A stretch of DNA of 64,000 nt. It comes from Felis catus (lineage: Eukaryota). Where the stretch lies: positions 114,950,001 to 115,014,000 of the forward strand of contig NC_058368.1 in NCBI RefSeq assembly GCF_018350175.1. The letters are read 5' to 3'. This document shows, piece by piece, positions 26,461 through 39,630 of the stretch. The position numbers and the translations under genes were made by a program. The notes under the pieces were generated by a model. The model did no database searches. It was given only the letters and a program-made list of their open reading frames with translations, and was not told the origin of the DNA. Numbering within the stretch: the first letter of the stretch is position 1; the number at the start of each line of letters is the position of its first letter.

Positions 26461-28186
26461 ACTGTTAACCTTTTTGCCGAATATTTGACTATTCCAAGTA
26501 CATGAGCTGTACATATGCCCCCCAAATTGAACCCGCTTTTCTGATTGTCCCATGATCTTTCATTGGTCTTTTAGTTTATTACACTGACCTCATTGAGGGC
26601 AGGTCCATCTCTAGTACCTGCTTGGTATGGAGAATATACTCAGATGTTCTGTGAGTGATGGACTTGTTATGTAGTAATCATTTTTCCTAAAGCAGTGTAT
26701 GTGCAGACCTTTAATCGGCAACAGTTTCTTTGATAGGTAATGTTTTAAGATCATTTTCCTGAATTAATCTGACCTTATTCTCATTAATTTTCCAATAGAA
26801 CATGCTTTGTTCAAGTGGCTTTGATGTTGAGGGGCTCTTGCCCTTGAAACTCATCCTTTTGTTGTTGTTGTTGTTGTTGTTGACTGCCATTTGATAGATA
26901 CTGTGTAAATTCCACAGACTGGTGTAGGAAGAAAGTGTGTTTCTGTATGTCTCTTCTCCACCTACACTCATGCCCTTGGTAATCTCATTGAGTCTTGTGA
27001 CTTTAAATACCTGTGTTTACTGATGATGACTTCAAAATTTACATTTCTAGATCTCTACCCTGAACTTGTCGTCTCTACTTGAATGGCTAATAAACATTTC
27101 GATTTTAACATGTCAAAAAATTAATAAATCTTTCCCAGTTTCCCGTTCCCAAATTGTGTCATACATAATGGTCTCAATTCCACTTGATATCAAGACTTGG
27201 AATTCAATTAGCGTAAATGCTAGTTGATATCGTAATAAAGCGGGTAGCCTTTCATAGTTTTTATCTCATTCCAAGGCCATACCTCCTTTAATTTAAACCC
27301 AGTGGTGTGTATGTTTAAAAATTGACATAAAATATTTAAAAGGTGAGCTCCTCAAAATATTGTTTATATGTCTTGGGAGACTAGTAGATTTGTGTTTTTT
27401 ACAGAAATATGTTTAATAGTTTTTGTAATTTATGATGGTGCATTTGGTGGGGATGTCAACTAGCTAGACTTCACGTAAAGTCTTTATGGTTGTTCAGTTC
27501 TTCCCATTTGATCTGTAATTCATATCACATCTAATTCTAAGCACAAAACGGGTGGTATCACTTATGCACTGTGATATTTTTTGACACTTCAGGAATGCTG
27601 CTTTAAAACAGAGAGAATTCCTGACCACCTGCTGTTAGGTTTTCATGGAGAGTAATAGATAAATGTTAGACTGGCAGTTTTAACACAATAGCAAAATGGG
27701 GTCTCATTGTTGGAAGTTGACGGCAAGTGTCAGAGAGCAGTTTTTCACATATTGGCCTGAAGGGATTGTCAGGATAGAAGAGGGAGATGGTGATGTAGCG
27801 CTGTTTGAGATGGCTAGAAGAGTGTGCCTAAGATTGGTAAGTTCTTTTCCCTTTCTTTTTCACTGCCATTATTTTTTTTTCCTGGTGAATTTCCAGGGAA
27901 AATTAGGGAGGTTGATAGAGAGAAATAGCGCTTCATGGTCACTTCTCAACAGAGTTCTTAGTGTCTGCCATATGCAGCAGTCCTGCCTAGTGTTAATCAG
28001 GGCCTGGTGGTCATGTTTTCTTTCCTCTTGGGAACAAAACCTGTCAGAAAATACTTTCACATGAAAGATCAATGTTTTTGTGTCCAGTTCAATGGAATCC
28101 TGGCAAAACTGGTATAAAATTTTAGAGAATAGATGAGGGAAGTAAGGATTACAGTCTGTCATTACCCCAAGAATTGTATATTTCCA

Positions 28187-28399
28187 GGGGCGCCTGGGTG
28201 GCTCAGTCGGTTAAGTGGCCGACTTCGGCTCAGGTCATGATTTCACGGTCCGTGAGTTCAAGCCCTGTGTCGGGCTCTGTGCTGACAGCTCAGAGCCTGG
28301 AGCCTGTTTCAGATTCTGTGTCTCCCTCTCTCTCACCCTCCCCCGTTCATGCTCTGTCTCTCTCTGTCTCAAAAATAAACGTTAAAAAAAAAAAAAAAA
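28187..28399 (+). mobile_element. SINEC_Fc
   Basis: TSD aagaattgtatatttc. Confidence 0.95.
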
Positions 28400-29279
28400 G
28401 AATTGTATATTTCTGAAATTTTCACAACCATGTCCTCCCGTATACCCATGTCCTCTTTGCCTCAAGGCACATTCCTCACTCTAAAATAAAAAACCAGGAG
28501 AATAACTATTCATATTAATGATGCGAAAGGTCTTGGGGATTTTATTTGATCAGAGAGCTTGAGTGAATGCTAATTATTAAAGCAAAAAGGGTACTATTCT
28601 TAAATGGCTGGTGTTTCTGACCTTTTGAAAGTAAAAACAAAGTGAATAAACATTATTTGATATTTGAATTTGTACAAAGGGAAAGGTAGACTGTGAAGAC
28701 AATGTGGATGAAGGATTGTGTTTCTAATGGTGTCTCCCAAATTATGTGGATCATTTTGCATCTGATAGTTACTTAGTTTTGTGGAGTCAAGGAGCATCTT
28801 TAAAATTACAGATATTTTTTAGAACGTTGGTGCTCAGCATTGGATATACTACAACTGAATGGTCTCTGCTCAGTAAGGTGGTTTTCCTTAGAATTTTGGG
28901 AGCTGTGAGGAGAAGCAGGTATCTGAAAAGCTTGTATATGTGGTGGTAAGTGAGGATCTAAGAACAAGCCCAGTATCAAGAGATGTGGGAAAATGGAGAA
29001 AAGTTGTGGAGGATGGAGGAGATAAAGTGATCTTCCTTGTTGGATAAACTGGATCATGATCTTAGAAAGACAATCCATGAAAAAAGTTCTTTGTCTTAAA
29101 AAAATTGGAGCCATAAGGCCTGCAGTTTCTGAAAAAGACTGAATGTGTGTATTCATTCAGACGGGTTAGTTCTGAGCAAGCTTTATATTTAATATTTTGG
29201 TAATATGGAGGATCAGCAGTAATCACGAAACATACCTTTCTGTGTGCATTGAACTCACAGGTTATCTTTGTGTTTAAAA

Positions 29280-29488
29280 AAAAATTTTAATGTTCTATCT
29301 ATTTTTGAGAGAGAGACAGAGTATGAGGAGGGGAGGGGCAGAGAGAAAGAGAGACACATAATGTGAAGCAGGCTCCAGGGTCTGAGCTGTCAGCACAGAT
29401 CCCAACACGGGGCTCAAACTCCCAAACCACAAGATCATGACTTGAACTGAAGTTGTACACTTAACTGACTGAGCCACCCAGGCGCCCC
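29280..29488 (-). mobile_element. Can-SINE
   Basis: TSD tctttgtgttt. Confidence 0.93.
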
Positions 29489-30199
29489 TCTTTGTGTTTT
29501 TAAATTCTCATACCTCTCCTCATATCAGTAATTCTGGCAAATCTGCCTAGGAACCAAATCTGCCATAATTGGTTGGGCTACTTCCTAGATCAGATGTGGT
29601 AGACTTGAAGTACATTTTCTTCTAAGCAAAAGAAATAAACATAATAGTGATCCTTAATTCTTAGCTGTGTATTTAGTCCTAAAATAAAATAGAAGCTGAG
29701 ATATCATTGGGATTCTTATTTCTTTTGAAAAATCGTATCTGTTTATAATAATGAATAAATAGTAGAGTTGTCCTATATAGTTTTATTGAACAAGGGAAAG
29801 AGATTATCACTGGATTTTGAGTGACTACCTTAGACAGAAGGAATTTTGGAATTAGGGAATCTATCTTTTGAAATTTAGCCTTGATTCATAAAGCCAAACC
29901 AGAGTATTGTCATACATATTATAATACATTTTATAAAGCAGATTACTTGACTGTGGGATAATGTGGTCAATTTTTATATCAATTCTAGATATGAAATGTG
30001 TATGTAGGCTATTGACTTATTAAAAGTTGTTGCTAATCTTCATTTTAGATATGATATATTAATTTAGTGAGTTAAGTAAGACTAGAAAGTAAGGAGTTTC
30101 TTGGAGTAACACAGAAGTCGGATATGTTTTTATATGATTATATTCTCTGCTTGATGGATCTGTTGCATCGAGTTCTCCACATATGACTATTAAAATAGG

Positions 30200-30380
30200 A
30201 AGCATTTATTGAACTTTTATTCTGTTCCAGCCTGTTCTCAGTACTTTACATGATTAAATTCCCCTTTGGTTGTTACTACTATTAATTCCATGGTAGGGAT
30301 GAGAGGCCTAAGGCATAGTGAGGTTAAAGGACTTGTCCAGGGTCACAGGCCCAAGTGTGGAGGCTCTTAATCACTGTGCT
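30200..30380 (-). mobile_element. MIR fragment
   Basis: catttattga...gaggttaaaggacttgtccagggtcacag MIR core. Confidence 0.7.
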
Positions 30381-31068
30381 CTTTACTCCTGTTGAAATCT
30401 AGGTAGGTGTTCTAATAATGTACAGACTGAGTTAAATTTTAAAGGGAAAGTTAATTTTCTGACAGCTATCAGACCAGTGAATGGTTTATCTTTTTAAATC
30501 TGTTCTTTCTTAGAAAACTTTAATTAACATCTTAGAGACATCTTATCCAAGTAGAACATTTATGATTATCGTTGGCACAACTAGAGATGATGCATGAAAT
30601 GTATATCTTTCATGATGTAGTAGAAGAATTTTAAATTTTACATTGTACTCCTCATCTATAAGTCTTATTATGGAGCATATACTTACTGGGTGTCCCTTAG
30701 GTGATGGAACACTGTAGTTTAGATCCTAGGGATTTGATAAGGAGGAAACGTGAACTACTCTCCCAAGTAGGTGCATGTTCGATCTTGCTGACTTTATAGG
30801 CACCATGCTTATGTAGACTTCCTTACCCTTAGCTTTTTCAAGGGTTGACAAGCTTGCCTGTTCTTCAGAACCTCTTTGGAGATACTGTCTGACATTTTTC
30901 CTTATTGATCCTACAGCTGGTTCTATTTTATAAGTAATTAACAGGGTTTTGCATGTAAGTGTCTCTCCCCTCAAATAAAGTAGTGTGCTCCTTTTATCAG
31001 ATGAAAGCTTTTGGTTTTGCTCTTTGCCTTAGCCACCAGGAGGATCAAGGCCAAAGTAGTGTAACTCA

Positions 31069-31290
31069 GGGGCGCCTGGGTGACTCAGTCGGTTGAGTGT
31101 CTGACTTTGGCTCAGGTCATGATCTCACTGTTTGTGAGTTCTAGCCCCACATCAGGCTCTGTGCTGACAGCCTGGAGCCTGCTTCGGATTCTGTGTTTCC
31201 CTCTCTCTCTGTTCCTCCCCACCTTGCACTCTGTCTCTCTCTCAAAACTAAATAAAGATTAAAACAAAATTATATTTAAAAAAACAACAA
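31069..31290 (+). mobile_element. Can-SINE
   Basis: 17-bp TSD caaagtagtgtaactca. Confidence 0.94.
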
Positions 31291-33579
31291 AGTAGTGTAA
31301 CTCAAAAGAACTATTTCATTGCTTTACTAGGGCTTTTTTGTAAGTTACCAACACCCTTTAGAATCTGGGGAAATATTTAGACTTATATACAATATTTGCA
31401 TTATAATTACAAGAGGTTCTTGCATTCCGTGAAACATATCCTGGACCCTTAGAATTAAGAATCCCTGCTTCTGATGTTTTTGCATCCTTATTTCAACCAT
31501 TTTGTACATAGGAGTGTATTTTCCTAAGTTTCCTTGACGTCATAGAATTAAGTTATATGTAAGTGATAAATAAATAGTTGTCAAAGGTTTAAAGTGCTGA
31601 GCAGTTTGCCTCTATGTGTTTGGCAGCTAGGCTATGGGAAATGTTTTAGTCTATCTCAAGAGGAGCTTTTTGCTTCTCATGATGATGAACATGTGGGCTA
31701 ATATAAATGGCTGTAGAGTTTTTGTCTGATTTTTCAAAGAAGTAACCTAAAGGTTATTTAAATATATATATGTAATACTATATATTTAAGTTATACACAT
31801 AAGTATATATGTGTGCACGTATATGTATATATATGTGTGTGCGTGTGTATTTTTTTTTAATACAAATATGGAGCCTAACAATGGAGTTCTTGCTCTCTGG
31901 ACACAATTTTGAAAGGATATTCAGTGAAGTTATGACATTTTTACATCTTTTTACCATGGTTCTTGGTAAAGGGGCTTGATGAAAGTTGTAAAAAGACTTT
32001 GGGTATTGTCTCTGAGACTACAGTTTTAAAATCTAGTTCTCAGGTGAGAGGAGAGTCTTCTCTCGTAGGGTGGTGGTAGAGTCATTGGCCTCTGCCTTCA
32101 GGGTGATTGTTCGCAGATGCTCCTTTATGTTGGGTTTCTGGTGGGAGGTCCTGAGTTGGAGGCCATGTGCTAGGCTTTACTCTTAGGCCTCCATGTATAA
32201 AGGGATGGTGTATGTTAAGTTTCCAAACTTTGCATGATAGGATGCCTCATGGTACTTTCCTTTGGAAATTTCTTCCTCTTTAGTGTCCTCTTTGGATAGA
32301 GGAAAGGAGGCTCAACATCTGTCCCTAAAGAGTGTTTCCAAAACTTTGGCTAGTGTGGAGGAACTCATGCTAAGGAGGAGAAATGTTAGGAATAGCTGTG
32401 ATTTTTCACCTCTCTTTCCCTTGGCTCTTTGTGAAAGACAATTTGTAGTACATTCTGTCTAAGGGAGATTTGAGTACCCAGCTGGTTAGATATATTTAAA
32501 GAAAGGAAAAAAAATCACTTGAAACAGACCTTGAAGAAATCTATTATAAATTTGAGTGGGAACCTGAGAATGCTGTGGCATACAGGCAAAACTAATTAAA
32601 ATAACTGATAAAGAAATGAGATGTAGCTTTACAAGGGATTTTCAAGATTTAAATGTATGACAATTAGGTTAATAAGCTTTTTTAACTCCATAAAGTATAG
32701 GAATTCAGTCCTTTGTGCAGTTTGAAACCACTATCACCTGTGCCCTCTAGTGCATAGTGGATGAGTTTGACAATAAAATTTTGTGCTGTGGTTCCTTCCT
32801 GCCTCTGCCCTCGTTGCTGCTGAGATTCCTGGTGTGATCGCTGTCCTAGCCTCTCTGATTCTCTGATCCCCTCATCTCTGGATGAAAGGGGTGGCCTTAT
32901 TTCTTCTTGCCTGTCTGGTCCTACTGCACTGCTCTGGACCTGGAGAAGTAATAAGTGTATCCTGACAAGTATGGCAGCTCCTGGCAGTCAGTTCCTTGAG
33001 ACCAGGGCCCTTTCTGCCCCCAGTGCTGCCCAGGCATAGCATCCTGTTCTGGGGGGTATTTATGCCAAGCAAGGGGCACTAGTTGAAAATCTTGCCTTCC
33101 TTTTCCATATCCATATTTACTGAGCTGGTGTCTGGGATAGAATAGGTCATGTAGGGATCCTAGAGATCCCAGCATGATCAACTCCTGTGGACATCCCTCC
33201 CAGGAGTGGTGTGCAAGGTGCTGCTGGGATCTGTCTCCCACCAGTGGACCCCCAAGGTAAAGGCCAAGTTGCCATTTGCTGGGTAGAGGCAACCTTTTTG
33301 AAGCTGCCCAGGCTGTGGTGTGGTGGCAGTCTACTTTTGGGGAGAATGGGAGATGGCAGCCAACCTTAGGCCCTGTGGTTGTTAATGTGTAACTGTTAGG
33401 TATTGTCATGGTAGCTTTTTAACTAGGCCTCCCACTCCCCACCCCCGACAATTCCCCACCTGCCCACACCCCACACCCATTACTTTCTTCTTAGCTTAGT
33501 TTAACCTGTCTCTTAACGAAGACAGTCAGTTAGCTGCCCTTTACTCAACTGGCACATTTGGCATTGTAGAGAACATGGT

Positions 33580-33813
33580 ACAAAACAGATGTTCATTTAA
33601 GGTTTCTGTGTCTGTCACAAATGGCTTTTTCAAGTTTCACGTGTCAAAATTGATTGCCTACCAAGGGAAAGCTTAAAAAAAAGACATTCACTTTGTACAG
33701 TATACACAATTTTAATAACAAAACTTTCCTGTACACTGCACTTTGTTACCACCCCCACCCCAGCCCCCAATATAATAGTATTTTCTTCCCAACCCAGTTG
33801 CCCACCTCCCAGC

Positions 33814-33850
<37 letters not shown>

Positions 33851-36800
33851 TCTTAAGGTAATTGAACACAATGTGTTTGGACTTTTAGTGTCCAGTCTCA
33901 GTGTTGATAAGAAGGTTCATCAAACATTCCATATATCAGACTTGTTTTTAGTTTATCAAGGAAGAAGAATAGGTTAGTTGAAGGAGTAGCAGATGTTTCT
34001 AAATGTTTGTAATAGCTGGATGAAAGCTTAACAGCCATTTTCTATTTGTTTTTGGCCATATTCAAGCACTATGAGTTTGCCCTAGGTTAAGAACAGAAAT
34101 ATTTAATTATCTATGAATGACTTTATCATCCTTAGTTTTTTTCTAGTTGAAGCTCTTTAGCCAATAAGATCGGAAAATCATGGCCTAAAACAGACTTTTG
34201 AGACAGGTCTGTCACTGTATATCTCTGTTAGGAGCTAAGCTTCTAAAAATATTCTTTTAAAATTTCATATAGATATCCACATTTTAGGGAGAGAATGGGG
34301 CATTATACAGCCTTTTATTCCCTGTGTAGGAAGTATGCATTAAGAAAATGATATGCCTGTTTTGAATTTTAGGTTTTGGACCTAGCGATACAGAGGGCTC
34401 ATTTTTATTGGAAAGATGGAGTCTAGCTCTTGGTGACTAGCATTAGAATAAGCAGATGGATTTTAATAATTAGTGGAGTTGGAAAGTTCAATCAATTCCA
34501 TTCATTGAATCGGTATAGAAATTAACTTAGGCACATTAAGAAATTACATGTGTTAGTGCAGATTTTTGGCTTAAAAAATTAGTATCTTTGCTATTTGATG
34601 TTGGCAGTGGGTATTCTCTGAGTTGTGTGTGGATTTGCAAATTTATCGGCCCACTCTCATTTCAGAAGAGTGATTGAAATCGCTGGCAAGCTACAGAAAT
34701 GAATATAAACGATTCCAAACAAGCTCTGGGTTACTAGGTGGGTACAGTATCATAGCCTTCTTAGCTTTTCTTTGTCCAGAGAGATTTAATTATTTTTCTG
34801 GTTCTTGATTAAATGATCATTTTCCTCTAACCTTGAAAGTGAAAAAAGGCCGGGGTTGGTGGGGGAGGAGGAGGTGTTGAAGAAGATAAGACTACACTGA
34901 AAAACAAAAGCCCTAACATTGTATTACCAGGATCTGCAGTGTAGCTGTGATGCTCTTCTACCCTAGCCAGTTGGTAAAGAGAGCACAGATGACTAACAGT
35001 CTCATCTTCAAACCTGTGCTGATACTGAAACACAAATAGGCCAAAATTAAATGGAATCCTGCCTTCTACAGGCAATTGAAAAGGGAAGTTTGCACTTTAA
35101 ATGGAAAAAGGAAAATGCTATCTGGCACTGTTACTTTTCTCTGAGAGCATTAGCAAAAAAATGGAGGGCAAAAAATTTTACAGTTTTCAACTGGAAAATA
35201 TTCCTTTGTGGCTTTGCTATGCTGTTCGCCAGAATTAATGAAAGGCTTGCTTTTCCAATTTACTTTTCTATATACATTAAGGATTTTGTCAATTGGTGGT
35301 CCATTTTACTAACTATAATCTTTAAGATTACTGTGGGAATTCTCAGCCAGTATTTCTCATTCTTCATAATTTCAATTAATATTGGTTGTGGATGCAATGA
35401 TGGAAAATACTTCATTGCTATCCTTCAGGGCTGGTGGAGTCTGTGTTCCGGGCCCAGTTGTATTGTGACAAAGCTGTGCCCAGACAAATGGCCATGGTTA
35501 CCCTGATAAATGGGTTGGTAAATTTTAGCTCGTGGAGTTCTCATTTGTAATGGGGCTTCTGATCCAGCCCCTCCATGGGGAAGTAGTGAGTTGTGCTCTA
35601 TGTTGTAAAATCAGCTTCTGTCTCTGCCCAGGCAGGCCCAGGCTGGTTTAACAAGAAATGAAATGCTCACCGCTCATGATCAGCTGAACACAGCTGGGCT
35701 GAGACTTTGCCAAACTAATCTATCCACCTTAAAAAATAGAGCACATTTTTACCTTAATAATTTGTGATCTCATCTGCTTTTTTACAAGACATGTTTTCTT
35801 TGAAATGTATTAAAGAAGACCCCTTTCTCTTAGTATTAAAGAAGAAAAAAATTATAATTAAATCTTGTGGGTTAAACTGTAGTCTTAGCATGTTTTCATT
35901 TCAATCCTGAGAGGAAAATATGCTCTGAATGATGGATATCATGTTAATGGTCATCTTAAGGAAAAGATAACCTGTTTTTTTTTTTTTTAATGGTTGTGGT
36001 TTTCTCTAAGGATACATGCCTTTTTTCACATACATTAAATGTCAGTTGTAGAAATGCTCATTTTTTCAAAATTAAGTCAGTGGTCTAATTTAATGGGTTT
36101 TGCTACTGCATACATGGAGCCTCAATTATGGAAAAATTATGTATGGATTGGTGACTTTCATCTAAATCCCAAATATGTCATAGTTTCTTTGTAGAAATCA
36201 TAATCAAAGAAACAAAATACTTACGGCAGTTTTCTGCATGAAAAGTGTGGCATCGTTATCATTTGTTAATTATGGAATGTACCTATTAACACTTTCTTTT
36301 TCAGCTGCAGGACCCAGGGCCTTGCCCTGTTTGATGCAGATTGTGTAGTTAACCTTTGCCTCACTCTTGGTTGCCTTTTTAACTTAAGCTAAACTGTTTC
36401 TGCCGGTCACATTTCAAAATGCTGCCTTTCTGTTTGATCCCTTCACATCCTTGTGGCTGCATAGGCATGTAGGGTATTCTCCCACGAGAAAGCTTGCCTC
36501 AGTAATGTTATTCCCTTCACTTAAAAGGAACTGCTCTTACAGTATGGATATGTATCTTTATTAAACAGTCAAATTTTAGCATATCATTTTTAGAAAGTGA
36601 TTTTTTTCTTGATTCCATTGTACTGTATTCTAGTATATTCTGTTGCTAGCCGATTATTTTTAATTTGGCTTTTTGAGGTTTGAAGATTAGGAAAAGGCAG
36701 AAGAAAGAGGTTTAAACCCCTTTGTCAAGGCATCTTTGATCGTGGAGGGAGGGAGAGAATTGGTGTGTGTGCTTTCATACTACAGGGAGGAGGTCACAGG

Positions 36801-37727
36801 ATTGTTAAATGGACTCAGTTTATCTCTTTTCTCTCCGAAATAATTTCTAAATCTTTTTTCACATATAAATGTAAATATAGGATTTAGTAAACTAATTAGT
36901 AAAATGATGATTTTTAGATTAGTTTAAAAATTGTCTAAGTGCCACAAAAATCAACATTTCCATTATAAGTCAAATTAGAGTTGTATAATGTGAAGTCAGT
37001 GTGATTATTTACTATTGATTTCATTGTAATGAGACCTTTTCACAATCACTTGGATTCATTGTTTAAATATATTAAAGAGTCACTCAGCTTATTAGAATTA
37101 CATAAAGGGTTCTGATTTCATAATGTGGACTTTGATAGTGTCTACTAACCCAGGCAAAAACTCTGGAAGAAGAGTGTTTAATATTTACCAGTCTTCAGCA
37201 TACATGAAATTCTACTTCCCACACTGGCAATAAATTGTAGATTTGAGTAAATACCAAATTGTCATAGACGAAAACTTTGCTAAGCCTCCTTTTAAGCAGC
37301 AAGCCAGTTGTGGTTCTTGGGATGGAGAGCAGTGATCTAACAAGTATTGATCCATATCTTTTTCTGCTCAGTAGCTTCTTTCCAAACTGTTTTCAGTAGA
37401 AAAAAATAGCATATGGAGACCTTAGTGTAAATGTTTACACATGATAGTATATAATAATTACATACATGAAATGTCTTATTTTGAAATAAGCATTTTTAGA
37501 CTTTGCAACAAGAGTGCAAATTAATATGAGCTTTGCTTCATATAACACTTAAAATATGGGTTCATTAAAAAAAATTAAAAATACTTCAACACTTCAAAAA
37601 CTTAAGTCTCCACTTGGTTTGGAAAATTAGGCTTAATGTCACCATTGGTAAAAATTAGGTATGTATTTATCCCCTACTATGTAAAATAGGTTACTTATCT
37701 GATGTAATTTTTGATGACGGGTAGATA
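33580..37727 (-). other. LRRTM2: LRRTM2 long 3'UTR (distal end approximate)
   Basis: About 4 kb of transposon-free AU-rich sequence after the stop. Minus-strand poly(A) signal candidates: AATAAA (+TTTATT 36557-36562), ATTAAA (+TTTAAT 33711-33716), AATGAA (~33592-33597). Confidence 0.6.
33815..33847 (+). repeat. Poly(A) run (long U-tract in the LRRTM2 transcript)
   Basis: >30 consecutive A with no associated SINE body. Confidence 0.95.
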
Positions 37728-39274
37728 TTATACTTCACATTCTTTGTATGGCAGCTGCTGACACTTGCACTGTCCATAACCATTAATGATGATGAAGGGT
37801 CCTTCATGGGTGGGTTCATATTCATTATACGGTCCTTGGTCTGACATGTTTGACATATGGAGTCGTGTTTGGGATCGGAGCTGCCTGTGGTTCTGAATCA
37901 TTGAGCACTGCCTAATTCTTCTTAAAGTGGGAGGGCAGCACTTCCTGGAGATGAACACTATAAAAATAATAAAAAAGAAAGAAAACAATAAAGCCATTGT
38001 TCCTGTAATTACCCGCTGAGTGAAGATGGCATTGTCTGGTTCGGGAAAGTGTTCCTCAGTAGTAACTGCTATGCCTGCAGTAGTTGGGATTTCTTTGTCT
38101 CCCACATGGTAACTTGATGAGCTTATTCTTTTTGTATATTCAGTGGTTGGATCCCTATAAGTTGTAGCCATGGCAGTGACAGTGGTTGATAAATTCCAGC
38201 AAAGCTGAAATCCATGGACTGCATCTAGTATATCCTCTCCTTGGGTGTGGTCAGGACTGTGACATAGGATGGAATGTTCCCACCGACCTTGGAAACTGCC
38301 CAGCCAGGAGGCCAAAGCACATATTCGAGGGCTGCATTCCCACAGATTGCCAGAGAGGCCAACAGTTGTGAGGGATCTCAGGGAGTTTAAGATCTTGGAA
38401 TCAAGGCTATTTAACTTGTTGTTATCCATGAGGAGAATTTTAAGATTAGGCATCGTGTCAAACACTGTCAGGTCGATGGCTTTGATTTCATTTCCAGTCA
38501 GGTCTAGCTTTTCTAAAGTGCCCCAGGTCCACTCCATCCCACATGTCAAGTTGCTAATTTTGTTCCATTGTAAGAAGAGTGTGTGCAGACTGCTTAGCCG
38601 TAGGAAATGAGCAAAATTAATCTTCGTCAGCTGGTTGTGCTCTAGGTGAAGCTCTCTCAGTTTGATTAATCCTGCAAATCCATTGCGAGCCAAACTTCGC
38701 AAACGGTTTGTGCTCAAATCCAGAAACTCCAGACTACGACAGTCCCAGAATAGGCGTACTGGGATAGTCCGCAGGGAGTTGGACCGTAAATGCAAGGTCT
38801 GCAGTTTCCGAAGGCCATAGAAGAGCTCTGGGTGCAGAGATGACAGCTGATTAAAAGACAGGTCCAAATTTTGCAGGTTAATCAGTTGAGTAAAAGTTGT
38901 GTTTGGTAAATAAAATATTTTGTTGGAACTTAAGATTAATTCCTTAAGTTTATATAGTCCTTGAAAAGCATCTTCTTTTACTGTTGAAATTTGATTGTGG
39001 TCTAAGTGGAGCCAGGTAAGTTGACTGAAGCTGGCAAATTGATCCCTTTCGAGCTCTGTGATGTGATTGTGCCTCAGGGACAGGCCCAGAGAGCCCTTGT
39101 CTGTGGCGTTTGGCACTGAGCGGAAGCCCTGAGAGTCGCAGTAGAAGAGCAGCTTCTCGCAGCGGCATTTGGGTGGACACGCCATACCCAGGGCAGGCAG
39201 CATTTTTAAAACCATACTCATTGCATATATTGCTGCCAGCATAGGGGCCCCTAATGGCCACTTGAAATGTAAGC
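37728..39274 (-). CDS. LRRTM2: LRRTM2 exon 2 coding part (leucine-rich repeat transmembrane neuronal protein 2)
   Basis: 504-aa ORF with signal-like N-terminus, CPPKCRC LRRNT cap, ~10 LRRs, LRRCT, TM helix (VITGTMALLFSFFFIIFIVFI) and C-terminal ECEV PDZ-binding motif. The frame extends upstream to acceptor ctgcAG|GC TTA CAT (exon starts 39274). With exon 1 ATGG this gives MGLHFKWPLGAPMLAAIYAM..., 1551 nt = 516 aa + TAA. Confidence 0.98.
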
Positions 39275-39626
39275 CTGCAGAATATAATTTAAGGAAAACA
39301 AGAAGATAGGATATTTTTCAGCAGAATGTATGAGCTCTTAAAAAAAACAACATAACATTATGGCGAAAGATTTCACTGCATATAACTTATTTTTCATTTG
39401 CTGCAGAAAAACTAACCTTGTTAGTATGACTAGAACACAACTTAAACCATTAAGAAAAAAGATAAAGAATATTCTGTCATTAGCAGTATAGGTATAGGCT
39501 TTTACCTAAACCTCAAAACCCAGAAATTTGACAGTGATCTCCCTTATAAAATGTGAATTTGGTGGCTTATTTTAGAAAGCATGATTCCTTGCTGACTGTA
39601 TAAGACACATAAATGCATGGACTTAC

Positions 39627-39630
39627 CCAT
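39627..39630 (-). CDS. LRRTM2: LRRTM2 exon 1 coding part (ATGG only)
   Basis: Minus strand agaATGG|gtaagt: good Kozak context and perfect donor. The phase-1 intron 39626-39275 (352 bp) joins in frame to exon 2. This is the typical LRRTM gene structure. Confidence 0.95.

Noticed and set aside
32921..33409. 162-aa minus-strand ORF in a GC-richer patch downstream of LRRTM2
   Set aside because: No recognisable domain or splice context. Probably an old LTR-like relic, which I could not classify.
35051..35506. 151-aa hydrophobic + strand ORF
   Set aside because: Antisense to the AT-rich LRRTM2 3'UTR. The hydrophobicity follows from T-richness, and I recognise no homology.
37728..39242. ORF-track start of LRRTM2 at 39242 (504 aa)
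   Set aside because: This is Met13. The canonical start is in the upstream exon (39630), giving 516 aa.
38186..39261. Overlapping or antisense ORFs within the LRRTM2 CDS
   Set aside because: Short shadow frames expected over a coding exon, with no independent signals.
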